In this document: positions 17,866 through 29,635 of the stretch, in pieces | How the letters are laid out: the number at the start of each line of letters is the position of its first letter | Numbering within the stretch: position 1 is the stretch's first letter | Position numbers and translations under genes: made by a program | Notes under the pieces: model-generated | Seen by the model: the letters and a program-made list of their open reading frames with translations, nothing else | Database searches by the model: none | What the model was told of the DNA's origin: nothing | DNA from: Gammaproteobacteria bacterium | GTDB taxonomy: Bacteria > Pseudomonadota > Gammaproteobacteria > Eutrophobiales > Eutrophobiaceae | Assembly (NCBI GenBank): GCA_965243205.1 | Contig: CBDEUK010000001.1 | Coordinates: 256,001 to 320,000, forward strand | Reading direction: 5' to 3' | Length of the DNA: 64,000 nucleotides

Positions 17866-18876
17866 TTAGATCATCTCTTCACCGCTAGCACCGCCAAGAA
17901 CAATTTGTCCTTCATCGGCAAGACGTCTAGCAACAGATAGAATTTCTTTTTGTGCTCCTTCTACATCACTTAACTTAGCTGGACCAGCGGCCTCTAAATC
18001 ATCTTTTAACATTTCAGCTGCACGAGATGACATGTTCTTAAAGATTTTTTGTTTAAGTTCTTCATCTGTGGCTTTAAGCGCTAACAATAATTGATCAGTA
18101 GAAACTTCACGTAAGATCGTTTGAATTGCCATATCATCCACATCATTCAAGTTATCAAATACAAACATGAGATCTTGAATTTCTTGGCCTAGCTCTTCAT
18201 CAGCATCTTTAATTTTTTCCATGATGTCAGCTTCTAAACTGCTATCGACAAAGTTCAGAATATTGGCAGCGGCTTTAATTCCACCGATATTAGAAGATTG
18301 AACATTACCACCACCTTTTAATTGCTTTTCCAAAGTATAATTAAGCTCTTTCATAGCAGCCGGTTGCACACCTTCTAATGTTGCAATTCTTAATAAAACA
18401 TCCGCGCGTACTTTATCTTGAAATTCTGCAAGGATATTCGCAGCATGGTCACTGTCTAAATACGATAGAACAATAGAAATAATTTGTGGATGTTCATTTC
18501 GAATGAGTTCTGCGACTGCACGAGAATCCATCCATTTTAATGCTTCTAGACCTTTGGAATTTCCACCTAATAAAATTCGATCAATCATGCCCGCGGCTTT
18601 ATCTTCACCCAATGCATTAGTAAGAACATTTCTTACATAATCATCAGCTCCAACTCCTAATGCAGTTTGTTCTTGTACTACGCCCAGAAAATCTTCTAAA
18701 ACAGTTTGCACTGAAGATTTATTCAGATCTCCAATGTTAGCCATAGCAACGCCTATACGTTGCACTTCCTTTGGCCCCATATGCTTTAATACTTCAGAGG
18801 CAACTTCTTCGCCTATAGACATTAATAGAACAGCAGCTTTTTGTGATGGATCTAAATTTGGTGCTTGCTCAGTCAT
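17866..18876 (-). CDS. fliG: Flagellar motor switch protein FliG
   Basis: KAAVLLMSIGEE, EHPQI, MFVFDNL, NMSSRAAEML. Confidence 0.97.
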   Translation of the reverse strand: MTEQAPNLDPSQKAAVLLMSIGEEVASEVLKHMGPKEVQRIGVAMANIGDLNKSSVQTVLEDFLGVVQEQTALGVGADDYVRNVLTNALGEDKAAGMIDRILLGGNSKGLEALKWMDSRAVAELIRNEHPQIISIVLSYLDSDHAANILAEFQDKVRADVLLRIATLEGVQPAAMKELNYTLEKQLKGGGNVQSSNIGGIKAAANILNFVDSSLEADIMEKIKDADEELGQEIQDLMFVFDNLNDVDDMAIQTILREVSTDQLLLALKATDEELKQKIFKNMSSRAAEMLKDDLEAAGPAKLSDVEGAQKEILSVARRLADEGQIVLGGASGEEMI

Positions 18877-20561
18877 TATTCATCACCAACCCAATTTTTT
18901 ACCACTGTTGCGGCTACTTTTGGATTCTCAGTAATGACTTGTTTTACCGCATCGATACTACGATCGTAATCAGTTGGTGGCGCTAATGCCTTTTGTTCTT
19001 CTTGTTCCGCTAAAGCAGCTTCACTGTTACCGACACCGTTAACACCATCAATGCTGCCATCAGGACCATTTAAGGCAATCACATCACCTGCAGGTGTTGC
19101 AAGAGTTGACTGATGTAAAGTAATTTCTTTATCAACCATATTTTTTATAGATGGTTTTAATACTCCAAATACTAAAAATAATACAAATAAACCACCTAAT
19201 ACTTGTTTGGCAATATCCCAAACCCAAGGCTGCATATAAATTGGAATTTCAGGTAATGGTTCTGGTGCATCAGGAATTGCAAATTCTGCATTAATCACAT
19301 TAACGGTATCACCACGTACTGCATCATAGCCTATAGCTTCTTTAACTAAGCCAGTGAAACGTTCGATTTCTTCAGGACTATGTTCGATACGATTAATTGT
19401 TCCTTCTTCAGTAACTTGTTTTTTATGATCGATCACAACAGCAACAGATAAACGTTGTAATTTACCAACCGGTTTACGAGTATGGCTAATGGTTTTATCA
19501 ATTTCATAATTTCTAACGGTACGTCGTTGCATACTCGATTGACTATCGGCCGCGGTGGTTCCTGTTCCAGCTTCTGCTTCATTAGCAACTTCTGGTGCTT
19601 GGCCTTCGGCAGGCGGTTGATTTGATAAAGCACCTGGGACACCTAGTAATGCATTATCAGCTGATAACATTTCTTCTTCTAACTGTTCGCTACGTACTGC
19701 TGGTAAATCTGGATTATAAGATTCGCGTGTTTGCTCAGTACTTGTAAAATCAAAATCAGCTGTCACTTGTGCCTTAACACCATCTTGACCAAGGATCGGC
19801 GTTAAAATATCTTCAATACGCTTCATATAAGACTCTTCAACACGACTAGTGTATTGAAATTGTGATGCTGTTAATGCTAGCTCTCTAGCAGAGTCACCTT
19901 GAGTCATTAAACGACCATTTTGATCCACTATATTTACATTACTAATATCTAAATTAGGAACACTCGCGGCTACTAAGTTTGATATAGCAGAGATTTGTTC
20001 TGGTGACATGCGATGGCCATTATATAAATCAACAATAACAGAAGCGCTTACAGGTTTTTGATTTCGCGTAAAAACCGATTGCTTTGGCATTGCAAGATGT
20101 ACACGAGCTGCTCGAACAGATTTTATGGTTGAAATGGATCGGGCAAGTTCGGTCTCTAATGCATGATGATAACGTGCCTTTTCCATAAATTGGCTTGTGC
20201 CCAAGCCTTGTTCTTCACTAAGCATTCCATAACCAGCATTGGCACTTTTCGGTAAGCCTTCTCCAGCTAATTTAATGCGAGCTTCATGTACTTTTGCAGA
20301 AGGAACCATAATTGCGCCAGAAGCTTCATCAACACGATACGATATATTGGATTTTTGTAAAGAATCCAATACTTGTCCAATATCCTGACTGGATAAACTG
20401 CCATACAACAAACTGTAGTTAGGTGTTTGTGACCACATCATCACATAGACACCTAATGCCACACTGCCTGCAATAGCAATAAGAAAACCGATTTGTCTAA
20501 AGAATAACTTCCTTTTTACTTCTTCAGGTAAACCTTCAATTGTTGGTACATCAGTTGCCAT
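18876..20561 (-). CDS. fliF: MS-ring protein FliF
   Basis: ALETELARSI, ARVHLAMPK, RNYEIDKT, RLSVAVV. Confidence 0.97.
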   Translation of the reverse strand: MATDVPTIEGLPEEVKRKLFFRQIGFLIAIAGSVALGVYVMMWSQTPNYSLLYGSLSSQDIGQVLDSLQKSNISYRVDEASGAIMVPSAKVHEARIKLAGEGLPKSANAGYGMLSEEQGLGTSQFMEKARYHHALETELARSISTIKSVRAARVHLAMPKQSVFTRNQKPVSASVIVDLYNGHRMSPEQISAISNLVAASVPNLDISNVNIVDQNGRLMTQGDSARELALTASQFQYTSRVEESYMKRIEDILTPILGQDGVKAQVTADFDFTSTEQTRESYNPDLPAVRSEQLEEEMLSADNALLGVPGALSNQPPAEGQAPEVANEAEAGTGTTAADSQSSMQRRTVRNYEIDKTISHTRKPVGKLQRLSVAVVIDHKKQVTEEGTINRIEHSPEEIERFTGLVKEAIGYDAVRGDTVNVINAEFAIPDAPEPLPEIPIYMQPWVWDIAKQVLGGLFVLFLVFGVLKPSIKNMVDKEITLHQSTLATPAGDVIALNGPDGSIDGVNGVGNSEAALAEQEEQKALAPPTDYDRSIDAVKQVITENPKVAATVVKNWVGDE

Positions 20562-20580
20562 AATATTTTATTTTTTATAT

Positions 20581-20919
20581 TTAGATTTGCATGTTCATGA
20601 TTTCTTGATAAGCCGAAACAAGTCGATTTCTAACTTGTGTCATAGCTTGAAAAGAGACATTTGCCTTTTGTAAATTCACCATGACTTCAGCAATATCAAC
20701 ATCCTTATCGCCCATTTCAAAACGAGTCGCTAATTCACCAGCATTTTTTTGTATATTACTAACACTATCAATTGAATTTTTTAACAGATTTGAAAATTCA
20801 GTTTTATTATCTGTATTTATATTTTGACTAGTTGAAATAGTCGTATTTTGATTAGCTTGAGCTTGCTTAGCCATTGCTTGCATCTGAGCAAGTAGGTCAT
20901 TCGCTTTTACTTGAATCAT
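20581..20919 (-). CDS. fliE: Hook-basal body protein FliE
   Basis: KANVSFQAMTQVRNRLVSAYQEIMNMQI. Confidence 0.96.
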   Translation of the reverse strand: MIQVKANDLLAQMQAMAKQAQANQNTTISTSQNINTDNKTEFSNLLKNSIDSVSNIQKNAGELATRFEMGDKDVDIAEVMVNLQKANVSFQAMTQVRNRLVSAYQEIMNMQI

Positions 20920-20949
20920 AATTTTTCCTCCTACGTTTTGTTATTATTT

Positions 20950-22335
20950 TTAAGCTGGAATTTCTATACCTTGTTCTCGCATCCTGGCTAATTTATAACG
21001 CAATGTTCTAGGGCTTATCCCCAGTTTTTCAGCTGCGTATTTACGACTACCTGAAGTTTCTTTTAAAGCATCAATAATAATTTCTTGCTCTCTTGATTTC
21101 AGATCAGAAGAAAATCGTGCATCATCGATATTAATCACATCTTGTTTTTCTTCATGGATAGAATCTGATTTAACTTGAGCACCTAAGGATTCAAATTGGA
21201 TATCATGTTCAGTAATACTATGGGTGCTTTGTAGTACTAAAGCTCTTTGAACGACATTATCTAACTCTCGAACATTTCCTGGCCATGAATGTGAACGAAG
21301 TTTTTCACAAGCTTCTTGACTTAATTGAGGGCAAGCTGATTTATTTTTATCGGAAATTCTTTTTAATAGAAATTCAGAGATAGGAACAATGTCATCTTTT
21401 CTATCTTTAAGTGATGGCAAGTTGATTGGGAACACATTAAGTCTATAAAACAAATCTTCTCTAAAACGGCCTGCAACAACTTCATCTCTCATATGTCGAT
21501 TTGAAGTTGCCATAACTCTGACATCTAACTCGATCATTTTCTGATCACCAAGTCGCTCTACTTCACGTTCTTGTAATACCCTTAGTAATTTCGCTTGTAA
21601 GCCTAAACTCATTTCAGAAATTTCATCGAGTAATAAGGTGCCACCGTTTGCTTGTTCGAATTTTCCTGGTGATGATTTATAGGCACCTGTGAAAGCACCT
21701 TTTTGATAACCAAATAACATGGCTTCTAACATATTATCTGGGATGGCTGCACAATTGATTGCGATAAATGGTTTATCTTTACGTTTTGATTGTTGATGAA
21801 TATATTGCACGAGTACCTCTTTACCCGCACCACTTTCACCAGTCACCATAACTGTGACATCTTTATCTGCGACTTTTTTTGCAATCTCCATTACTTCCTT
21901 ACTTTTCTTATCAACAGCTATATAACCATTATTTTCATCGATAGAACTATTATCAAATTGAGCAATACGTGTAATCAGAACTTCTGGCTCGAAAGGTTTT
22001 ACAAGATAATCAGTAGCGCCATCATGTAATGCGTCAACCGCTTGTTGAATTGTTCCATAGGCGGTCATCAAAATTACTGGCAATTCTGGTTTATAGGTTT
22101 TTATTTTTTTAAGCAGTGAGATGCCATCCATACCATCCATCTGAATATCACTGACCACAAGATCGATATCTTCTTTGTTTATAACAGAAAGCGCTTTCTC
22201 ACCATTTTCTGCTGAATACACTTCATAACCTGTTAACATAATGGTATCTATCAATGCTTCTCTTAACGATAGATCATCTTCTACAATTAATATATTTAGT
22301 GACATTGCTTTTTTTATCTCCAAATTAATCCACAT
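20950..22335 (-). CDS. fleR: sigma54-dependent response regulator FleR (FlrC)
   Basis: REC + AAA+ (GESGAGKE, GAFTGA) + HTH SPRTLRYKL; start probably at MSLNIL. Confidence 0.92.
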   Translation of the reverse strand: MWINLEIKKAMSLNILIVEDDLSLREALIDTIMLTGYEVYSAENGEKALSVINKEDIDLVVSDIQMDGMDGISLLKKIKTYKPELPVILMTAYGTIQQAVDALHDGATDYLVKPFEPEVLITRIAQFDNSSIDENNGYIAVDKKSKEVMEIAKKVADKDVTVMVTGESGAGKEVLVQYIHQQSKRKDKPFIAINCAAIPDNMLEAMLFGYQKGAFTGAYKSSPGKFEQANGGTLLLDEISEMSLGLQAKLLRVLQEREVERLGDQKMIELDVRVMATSNRHMRDEVVAGRFREDLFYRLNVFPINLPSLKDRKDDIVPISEFLLKRISDKNKSACPQLSQEACEKLRSHSWPGNVRELDNVVQRALVLQSTHSITEHDIQFESLGAQVKSDSIHEEKQDVINIDDARFSSDLKSREQEIIIDALKETSGSRKYAAEKLGISPRTLRYKLARMREQGIEIPA

Positions 22336-22372
22336 TTAATTTGTGGTTTATTATAATTTTATATTTTTATAA

Positions 22373-23548
22373 TTATTTTTTGTAAACAGGTAACTCTATA
22401 TAAAATATAGTTCCTTCATTTTCTTTACTCTCAAATGATAAGTTTCCGTTATGTGCACGTACTACTGCTTCGACTACGGCCAAACCCAAACCCGTTCCTT
22501 GCGAACGAGTTGAAAAAAATGGTTCGAATAATTTATCTTGAATATTTTTAGGGATACCTGAGCCATTATCTTTAATACTTAATATAATTTTTTCAGGTTT
22601 TTCAAATATACAGTCGATTTCAATCTTGACTGAATAATCGACAGACTGTACTGCATTCGTTACTAAATTATGAATACAACTTATTAAGGCTGATTGATTT
22701 ATATTGATATTAATATCAGAAAGTTTTTTATTAATCGTCAGTGAACATTCATATTCTTCAATTTTGCTTTGAAGTGACTCATCTAAATCATCTATAAAAT
22801 TGATTAAACTTTGTGGCTTTGCTTCAAAACGACCACCACGTGCAAACAACAACATATCTTCAACTAAAGTTTCTAAATTTTGTAATCTAGCTAAAAGTTT
22901 ATCTGAGAATTTTTTTCGTACAGTTTCTTCCAAGCCATTACGACTTATATTTGAGGCATAGAGAATTGCTGATGACAGCGGTGTACGAACTTGGTGAGCT
23001 AATGAAGCAGCCATCTCGCCCATGGCTGATAATCGTTTTAAATCACTATATTGTTCTTGTAGTAATCGATTTTCTGAAACGTCTTTTAGTAGGACGATCT
23101 GTCCTGGCTCGGCATCTAATGATTGAGTAGATAAATTAACATAACGTCCATCTTTTAAGCGCACATCATGTCCATCATCCCAACGGGGTTCAAATGCACG
23201 TTCAACAACATCACGCCAGAGTTCACCGATTAACGGTTCACCTAATAAATCTACAGCGACAGGATTAACTTGATTTATAACACCATTGGCATCAATAACA
23301 ATAATACCACCAGGTAATACATGTAAAATATTGGATAAACGATTGGCGAGTTTTTCTTTTTCGTTATGTTGATGTTTCTTTTCTTTACGAGCAGAAGTTA
23401 ATTCAGCATTTAATTTTGCAACTTCTTGTTCAAGCCCTTTATAAAACTCTGTTAGATAACTTGTTGCTTCACTAAAATTTTCAAATGCCTCTTCAAGACT
23501 GTCTGATTGAAAATTTTCGTGGCTATTAACTGGGCTTTGTTGCTCCAT
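22373..23548 (-). CDS. fleS: Sensor histidine kinase FleS (FlrB)
   Basis: PAS, LAHQVRTPL, GTGLGL; upstream of fleR. Confidence 0.92.
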   Translation of the reverse strand: MEQQSPVNSHENFQSDSLEEAFENFSEATSYLTEFYKGLEQEVAKLNAELTSARKEKKHQHNEKEKLANRLSNILHVLPGGIIVIDANGVINQVNPVAVDLLGEPLIGELWRDVVERAFEPRWDDGHDVRLKDGRYVNLSTQSLDAEPGQIVLLKDVSENRLLQEQYSDLKRLSAMGEMAASLAHQVRTPLSSAILYASNISRNGLEETVRKKFSDKLLARLQNLETLVEDMLLFARGGRFEAKPQSLINFIDDLDESLQSKIEEYECSLTINKKLSDINININQSALISCIHNLVTNAVQSVDYSVKIEIDCIFEKPEKIILSIKDNGSGIPKNIQDKLFEPFFSTRSQGTGLGLAVVEAVVRAHNGNLSFESKENEGTIFYIELPVYKK

Positions 23549-23589
23549 CTTCCTACCAAATTATTATTAATAATGATTAATTCCATTTG

Positions 23590-23605
23590 AGCAAAGACTA
23601 TGCCA
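23590..23605 (-). promoter_or_regulatory. sigma54 promoter of fleSR-fliE operon
   Basis: Minus strand TGGCATAGTCTTTGCT. Confidence 0.8.
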
Positions 23606-23691
23606 CAGAAAATTAATTAATAATAACAGGTAGTTAGCTTATATGTGGTATTTAGAAAATTATTAATGCGATTATAAATAAGATTATTTTG

Positions 23692-25131
23692 TCAAAATCC
23701 CGACGCATCTTCTCGTCGTTGTAATCCTAACTTGCGCATTTTTTCAACTAAGGTTGTACGACCTAAAGATAACCTCTTAGCTGCATGAGCTACAACCCAA
23801 TTAGCTTCTTCAAGCGCTTGGCGAATCAGATCATATTCAATCGTATTAATATGTTCTTTCAGATCGATCGTCCCTTTAGGCAAACGTAACATCTTAATAT
23901 TCGTGTCGACAGGTGAGTCACCGTCATCGATAGGCCTACTCATAACATCTTCAGCTTGATATTTTTCAGGCATATCATGAACATCAACTACTGCATTCGG
24001 ATATAGTATGGATAAACGTTCGATTAAATTTGCTAATTCTCGTACATTACCCGGCCAATTATATTTCATTAATGATTCGATAGCTGCTTGAGTCAACTTA
24101 ACGCTATTCTCACTCTCATGTTGTAAACGTTCAATTAAATCATTAATCAACATAGGTAAATCTTCAGCGCGTTTTCTTAATGGTGGTGTATCAATCGGAA
24201 AAACATTTAAGCGATAATAGAGATCCTCACGAAATTTACCTTTTACGATGGCTTCTTCTAAGTTGACATGAGTAGCTGCAATGATTCTCACATCTGCTTC
24301 AATACTTTTGTTACTACCCACACGCTCAAACGTACGTTCTTGTAAAACCCTTAACAGTTTTACTTGCATAGGCAAACTCATATCACCAATTTCATCCAAG
24401 AATAAAGTGCCACCACAAGCCATTTCAAATCGACCTTGTCTTGCGGTAATCGCTCCAGTAAAAGCACCCTTTTCATGACCGAACAATTCGTCTTCTAATA
24501 GATCAGCTGGAATTGCACCACAATTAATTGGCACAAATGGTTTATTACGTCGTGATGAATGATAGTGAATATTTCGAGCTATCACTTCTTTACCCGATCC
24601 AGATTCACCGATAATTAATACGTTGGCATCTGTATGAGCAACCTTCTCAACCATCTTACGCACACGTTGAATACCCTCACTGGTACCGCCTAAGCTGCGA
24701 AATAATTCCATTGAACGAGGACTCCCATCTTTATGACGATTGACTCGATAAATTTCGACTTGTTGAAGTAATTTTGATAGTTGAGTGTTTTTTAGAGGAA
24801 GTTCTAAAGAACCGATACAGCCGTTCTCAATTTCTTGAATAAATACAGGTTTTACATCGGCTCGATGAATTTTAATAACGGGAACATGGGTATCGTGTTT
24901 TTTTATGGCACGGAATGCTTCAGTCAGCTGTTTCTCAGATTCGCATTCACCCAATAATACGACATCAATCTCTGATTCTTTATCTAAAGCTTCTTGTAAT
25001 GATTTGGCCTCGCTGTCATAAACCTTATCAAAATCCATAAAGTTCAAAACGTCAGCCATTTGTTTACGGGTTGCCTCATCCCGATCAATGATTAATACGC
25101 TATCCACAATTCCCCCTATGTCACCGTGCAC
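23692..25131 (-). CDS. fleQ: Master flagellar regulator FleQ (FlrA)
   Basis: Degenerate [33 protein letters not shown]; start may be GTG at 25107 after GGGGG. Confidence 0.93.
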   Translation of the reverse strand: MHGDIGGIVDSVLIIDRDEATRKQMADVLNFMDFDKVYDSEAKSLQEALDKESEIDVVLLGECESEKQLTEAFRAIKKHDTHVPVIKIHRADVKPVFIQEIENGCIGSLELPLKNTQLSKLLQQVEIYRVNRHKDGSPRSMELFRSLGGTSEGIQRVRKMVEKVAHTDANVLIIGESGSGKEVIARNIHYHSSRRNKPFVPINCGAIPADLLEDELFGHEKGAFTGAITARQGRFEMACGGTLFLDEIGDMSLPMQVKLLRVLQERTFERVGSNKSIEADVRIIAATHVNLEEAIVKGKFREDLYYRLNVFPIDTPPLRKRAEDLPMLINDLIERLQHESENSVKLTQAAIESLMKYNWPGNVRELANLIERLSILYPNAVVDVHDMPEKYQAEDVMSRPIDDGDSPVDTNIKMLRLPKGTIDLKEHINTIEYDLIRQALEEANWVVAHAAKRLSLGRTTLVEKMRKLGLQRREDASGF

Positions 25132-25282
25132 TTAGCTAGTCATTAATTTTTTAATACGTAAGTATTAGTTAAGCACAGAATTTAAATATGTCAAAAATCT
25201 GGCATAACTTTTTTTTAGAAAAATAATATTTTTATAAGATAATAAATAATTACATATTAATCAAGTATTTATTATTGATAGT

Positions 25283-25615
25283 TCATTTAGAGTATGTGGT
25301 TTTTAATTTTTCTCTATTACCTAAATTACGTAATTCTTCTGACACTGATTGCTTTCTGGTTGCAATTAAATCAACCATTTCAATGTAATACTGATGGATA
25401 AACTTGAGGACTGAGCGTTCTGATGCACCTAGCTCATTCATATTATCTTGTTGTATATGCTGGTTTAAATGATTAGAAATCACTTGCAGTTTTTTCTCTA
25501 TAAAACTCCATTCTGCTATATCCGTTTCATTGGTATTGGCAGCCCGAATGACAAGCCGCTGAGTGTCTTTAACTTCCTCTTTTAGATCATTCAGAGTAGA
25601 TGTTTTTGTAATCAT
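25283..25615 (-). CDS. Putative FliT/FleP-like chaperone
   Basis: Small helical protein after fliS, W near N-terminus, Y near C-terminus; mostly synteny. Confidence 0.55.
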   Translation of the reverse strand: MITKTSTLNDLKEEVKDTQRLVIRAANTNETDIAEWSFIEKKLQVISNHLNQHIQQDNMNELGASERSVLKFIHQYYIEMVDLIATRKQSVSEELRNLGNREKLKTTYSK

Positions 25616-25651
25616 ATCTTGAACCCTGTTTAGATTAAGATGGCAAAATAA

Positions 25652-26077
25652 CTAGCTTGCCTTGGCAGCCATCATTTCGTTGTCAGATGCTTGCTCTATT
25701 TGATCCCAAGCCATTTTTATTTGTAAAAGTAAATTACTGACTTCCGCTAAAATTTCTTCATCATTTTTTATATTTGCTTCTAATAACCGTTCGGTCATAT
25801 ATTCATAAAGCGATTCTAAATTGGCAGCAATGTCGCCACCTGCATTATGGTCTAAGCTGTCTCTTAGCCCACCAATGATTGAAATAGCAGAACCAATTAA
25901 TTCGCCTTTCTCAGCAACATCTTGTTTTTTAATAGATGCTTTAGCTTTAGAAACCCGACTCAGAGCACCTTCCATTAACATCTGTATCAAACGATGTGGT
26001 GAAGCCTCCTCAATTTCCGAATGAACACCCACTTTGGTGTATTCTTGTAAAGCCTGTATTGCTGTTGCATACGTCAT
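25652..26077 (-). CDS. fliS: Flagellin chaperone FliS
   Basis: ASPHRLIQMLMEGA, LESLYEYM, IKMAW. Confidence 0.95.
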   Translation of the reverse strand: MTYATAIQALQEYTKVGVHSEIEEASPHRLIQMLMEGALSRVSKAKASIKKQDVAEKGELIGSAISIIGGLRDSLDHNAGGDIAANLESLYEYMTERLLEANIKNDEEILAEVSNLLLQIKMAWDQIEQASDNEMMAAKAS

Positions 26078-26102
26078 ATTTGATTCTCTATTTTTTTAAT
26101 AT

Positions 26103-27518
26103 TTAATTCGTGGAACTACTAATACCTGTTCCAGTTAATGTCTGACTTAGAAAATTACTGGTTGTATTTAATTGAGCTAATAAACCATCCAGTGCAGAAA
26201 ACTGAGCCAACAAACGTTCTTCCATGGTTTGTAAACGAAGATTTAAATCTTCAAGATCAGTATCAATACCTCTAATAGTTGTATTTAACGAATCCGTTTT
26301 ACTATCCAGTAATGAGCCCGAACTAACATAGTCATCTAATAAATTATCGAATCTAACTGCAAAACCATTATCAGATGTAAAAAAGTTTTGAACACCAACA
26401 GGATCGGAATCCAAAGCTTTTGTTAATACTTCACTATCAAATGTTAAGCTACCGTCATTGTTACTCGTAACTCCAAGGTTCACTAAATTTCGAACTGGCC
26501 CAATTAAACCGCTTACATCATCAGAGATAGAACGTTTAATTTGGGTTTCTATACCGCGTAACGTAAAGTCACCAAGCAATATAGCGCCAGTATTTGTCTC
26601 TGTATTAAAAGCCGTTAATTCATTTAATGTAGAATTTAATTTATTGTATTCGGTAACAAATTTTTCAACGTTTGAAATAATAGAAGGTGTGCCTTCACTT
26701 ACAGATAGCTCATGGGTATTTCCTGGATCAGCAGCAACCAAGTTAATCGTCACATTGGCGATCACATCGGTTAAAGAATTAGTTGAACGAGTTGCGGTAA
26801 GATTATCAACTTTTATTTGCGCATCTTGTGCTTGTGACTGTTGTGTCATATTAGTTACAGTGCTACCCGCAGGATCATAGACTAAGGCAGATAAGCCACT
26901 TGTATCGGTATTATTCGCATCATCATCTGTCACTGTAATCGAAATTTCATTCGCTTTACCAGGATCTTTAGATGAGATTATTAAGCGAGTTTCTGTTCCA
27001 CCACTGCCATTATCAACATTGATTGTAGTAGCGTTAACACCAGTATTAGCCAAAGATTCATTAATTGCATCTCGAAGCTTAGATACTGTATTGTTTTCTG
27101 AATCAACAGTGATATTAAAACTAGCACTTCCAACACTAATGTTAAGTGTGCCAGTACCAACAGCTGTACTCTCTGAAGCAAAACCAGTTGAAGATAATTT
27201 ATGCGCTTGGGCTAGTTGTAAAACCTCAATATCATAGGTTCCAATAGAGGCATCTGCAGTTGAGGTAACCGTAAAGAATTCGGTTTTTTCTGATTTTGCA
27301 GAACGAGCAGTAAAAGCACTAGTACTTTTTAAACTTTCAAGGGTTGATTGAAAATCTGACAATGCACTTTTCACACTGCCGTATGCGGATATTTGAGCTT
27401 GAGCGTCTACTCGTCGGTCAGTTAATATCACAGTCTTAGCGTTGCCTTCAGCCGCTACTAATTGACTGACTAAAGAACTGACATCAATACCTGAACCAAC
27501 ACCTGGTGCTGAAATCAT
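26103..27518 (-). CDS. fliD: Filament cap protein FliD
   Basis: GVGSGIDVSSLVSQLVAAE, QLAQAHK, AQFSALD. Confidence 0.95.
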   Translation of the reverse strand: MISAPGVGSGIDVSSLVSQLVAAEGNAKTVILTDRRVDAQAQISAYGSVKSALSDFQSTLESLKSTSAFTARSAKSEKTEFFTVTSTADASIGTYDIEVLQLAQAHKLSSTGFASESTAVGTGTLNISVGSASFNITVDSENNTVSKLRDAINESLANTGVNATTINVDNGSGGTETRLIISSKDPGKANEISITVTDDDANNTDTSGLSALVYDPAGSTVTNMTQQSQAQDAQIKVDNLTATRSTNSLTDVIANVTINLVAADPGNTHELSVSEGTPSIISNVEKFVTEYNKLNSTLNELTAFNTETNTGAILLGDFTLRGIETQIKRSISDDVSGLIGPVRNLVNLGVTSNNDGSLTFDSEVLTKALDSDPVGVQNFFTSDNGFAVRFDNLLDDYVSSGSLLDSKTDSLNTTIRGIDTDLEDLNLRLQTMEERLLAQFSALDGLLAQLNTTSNFLSQTLTGTGISSSTN

Positions 27519-27569
27519 TTTGTTATTCCTAATTTACTAATACAGCAAACAATGCACTTATCAGACCAA

Positions 27570-27968
27570 TCAGACTTTTGCATCCATTAAAAGACCTGCA
27601 TGTTGATCGATCATTTGCGCCATCTCAACAACTTCTTCTGATGGAATTTGTCGAATAACTTCATCTGTTTCACTATCAATTACTTTAATAATCGTTTTTC
27701 CACTTTTATCATCTACGCTGAAGTTCAACTCTCTGTTGAAACCTTCGACTATAGTACTGAGTTCTTGAACGGTCATATCTAACTGTTCTTGCCCTATTAG
27801 AGGGGAAGCTGTGGAAGACTTTTCCTTATCCTGAGACTGCAATTTTTGCCGTTCATCGACAGATTCTGCAGACGTAGTTTTAACTACTCCAATATTATTT
27901 TTATCACGAAGGACTTCTGTTGAACCCGCACTGTTTTGTCGTAGCTGAGTGATCATTTCAGTCGCCAT
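27570..27968 (-). CDS. flaG: FlaG family protein
   Basis: LNFSVDDKSG...VIDSETDEVIRQIPSEE. Confidence 0.92.
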   Translation of the reverse strand: MATEMITQLRQNSAGSTEVLRDKNNIGVVKTTSAESVDERQKLQSQDKEKSSTASPLIGQEQLDMTVQELSTIVEGFNRELNFSVDDKSGKTIIKVIDSETDEVIRQIPSEEVVEMAQMIDQHAGLLMDAKV

Positions 27969-28008
27969 AACAGTTATCTCCGAATTTCTTCATTAAATAA
28001 TTAGTTAA

Positions 28009-28031
28009 CCGGTCGGGAATTACCCGACCGG
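28009..28031 (-). terminator. Stem-loop after fliC (attenuating terminator or mRNA stabiliser)
   Basis: CCGGTCGGG-AATTA-CCCGACCGG, 9-bp stem, weak U tract. Confidence 0.65.
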
Positions 28032-28042
28032 ATTACTATCAA

Positions 28043-29536
28043 TTACTGTAGTAAAGATAATGCCAACTGAGGTTGAGCATTAGCTTGACTAAGAATTGAA
28101 ACACCTGCTTGTTGTAGGATTTGAGTACGTGTTAACTCCGCTGTTTCAGCAGCAAAGTCAGCGTCTCGAATACGACTACGCGCAGCAGTTAGGTTTTCAG
28201 CCGTGGTGCTAAGACTGTTGATAGTACTTAAGAAACGGTTTTGAACCGCACCTAAATCACCACGAATACTGTTGATAGTTGATAGAGCTGCATCCACAAC
28301 CTGGATTGCTGTTTGTGAGCCATTTAAAGAACTCACATCGACCGAACTTAATAGTGTTTGAGTCGAACCAACTGATGTATTAGCACCAATGTTTAAGATA
28401 CTACCCGCAGTATTTGCAACACTAGAAGCAACTGAGAAACCATTGCTTGAGTTGAAAGTAACACTACCACTCACAACGGTACTGTCGTTTGCACCAGTAG
28501 TAAGTGTTTCAGGGTCAGTTGAGCTGTTTAATGTATCAACCGTGATAGTCGCGTTAGCGGTGCTATGCGTGAAGTTTTCAATGTTGATATTTTTACCATC
28601 AGCTTGAGTAAGAGTAAGTGTTCCAGCATCTACAGAAGCTGAGATACCCGTTGTACCGCTTACTTTATTAATTTCAGTTGCTAATGCAGATAAATCAGTT
28701 GTAGTAACAGCTGCAGAGATAGTTTGAGTTGAACCACCACTACCTAGTGTTAAAGTAACTGTTCCATCGTTTGATAAACCATCGATAGTAGACGTTGTAG
28801 TCGCATCGGCAGTTACACCAGTACTCGCTTCTTTAGCAGATACCGCAGCAGCAATTGTGAAAGCACTATCACCAGCAGTAACAGCAACTGTAGAGGTACC
28901 CAAGCTACCAGCAACCGTTAATGTTTGTGCAGCAATGGTATTTGCAGAAGGTAAAGTAGCTGCAGCGTTTGCAGTTGATGCAGTACCTTGATCAGCTGCA
29001 GTAGCACCAGCAGTTACAGAGTTATTTGCTAGTTTATCAGTACCTGTACCCGCTACAGAAATAGCAATGGTTTGGTTTGCGTTAGCGCCAACTTGGAAAG
29101 TTTGAGAGGTAAAAGTACCATCCAATAATTTCAAGCCGTTAAATTCAGTGGTTGTAGCAACACGGTCTAACTCTTGTTTAAGTTGGTTAACCTCAGAGTT
29201 CAACGCTGCACGGTCAGATGCTGAGTTTGTTGAGTTAGCAGATTGAATCGCCAATTCACGCATACGTTGTAAAATGTTTGTTGTTTCTTTTAACGCACTT
29301 TCAGCAGTTTGTGATAGTGAAATACCATCGTTTGCGTTTCGAACAGCTTGATTCAAACCACGAATCTGAGAAGTCATACGATCTGAAATCGCAAGACCAG
29401 CAGCATCATCTTTCGCACTGTTAATACGTAAACCTGATGATAGTCTTTCTAATGTAGTTGATAGTGCCGCACCCGAACGATTCAGGTTGTTTTGGGCATT
29501 CAACGACATAATATTACTATTAATCATTTGAGCCAT
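28043..29536 (-). CDS. fliC: Flagellin
   Basis: [21 protein letters not shown]; [25 protein letters not shown]. Confidence 0.98.
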   Translation of the reverse strand: MAQMINSNIMSLNAQNNLNRSGAALSTTLERLSSGLRINSAKDDAAGLAISDRMTSQIRGLNQAVRNANDGISLSQTAESALKETTNILQRMRELAIQSANSTNSASDRAALNSEVNQLKQELDRVATTTEFNGLKLLDGTFTSQTFQVGANANQTIAISVAGTGTDKLANNSVTAGATAADQGTASTANAAATLPSANTIAAQTLTVAGSLGTSTVAVTAGDSAFTIAAAVSAKEASTGVTADATTTSTIDGLSNDGTVTLTLGSGGSTQTISAAVTTTDLSALATEINKVSGTTGISASVDAGTLTLTQADGKNINIENFTHSTANATITVDTLNSSTDPETLTTGANDSTVVSGSVTFNSSNGFSVASSVANTAGSILNIGANTSVGSTQTLLSSVDVSSLNGSQTAIQVVDAALSTINSIRGDLGAVQNRFLSTINSLSTTAENLTAARSRIRDADFAAETAELTRTQILQQAGVSILSQANAQPQLALSLLQ

Positions 29537-29635
29537 AATTCTTACTCCGTCTAGGACTCGGAGATAATTTCTTACCGAGCCATATTAATATTTAGTGGAT
29601 ATAACGATGGTCGTTATTCACCACTTCCGAGAAAT

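Noticed and set aside
27540-27565. sigma54 promoter for fliD
   Set aside because: TTGCT present but the -24 position reads AG, not GG
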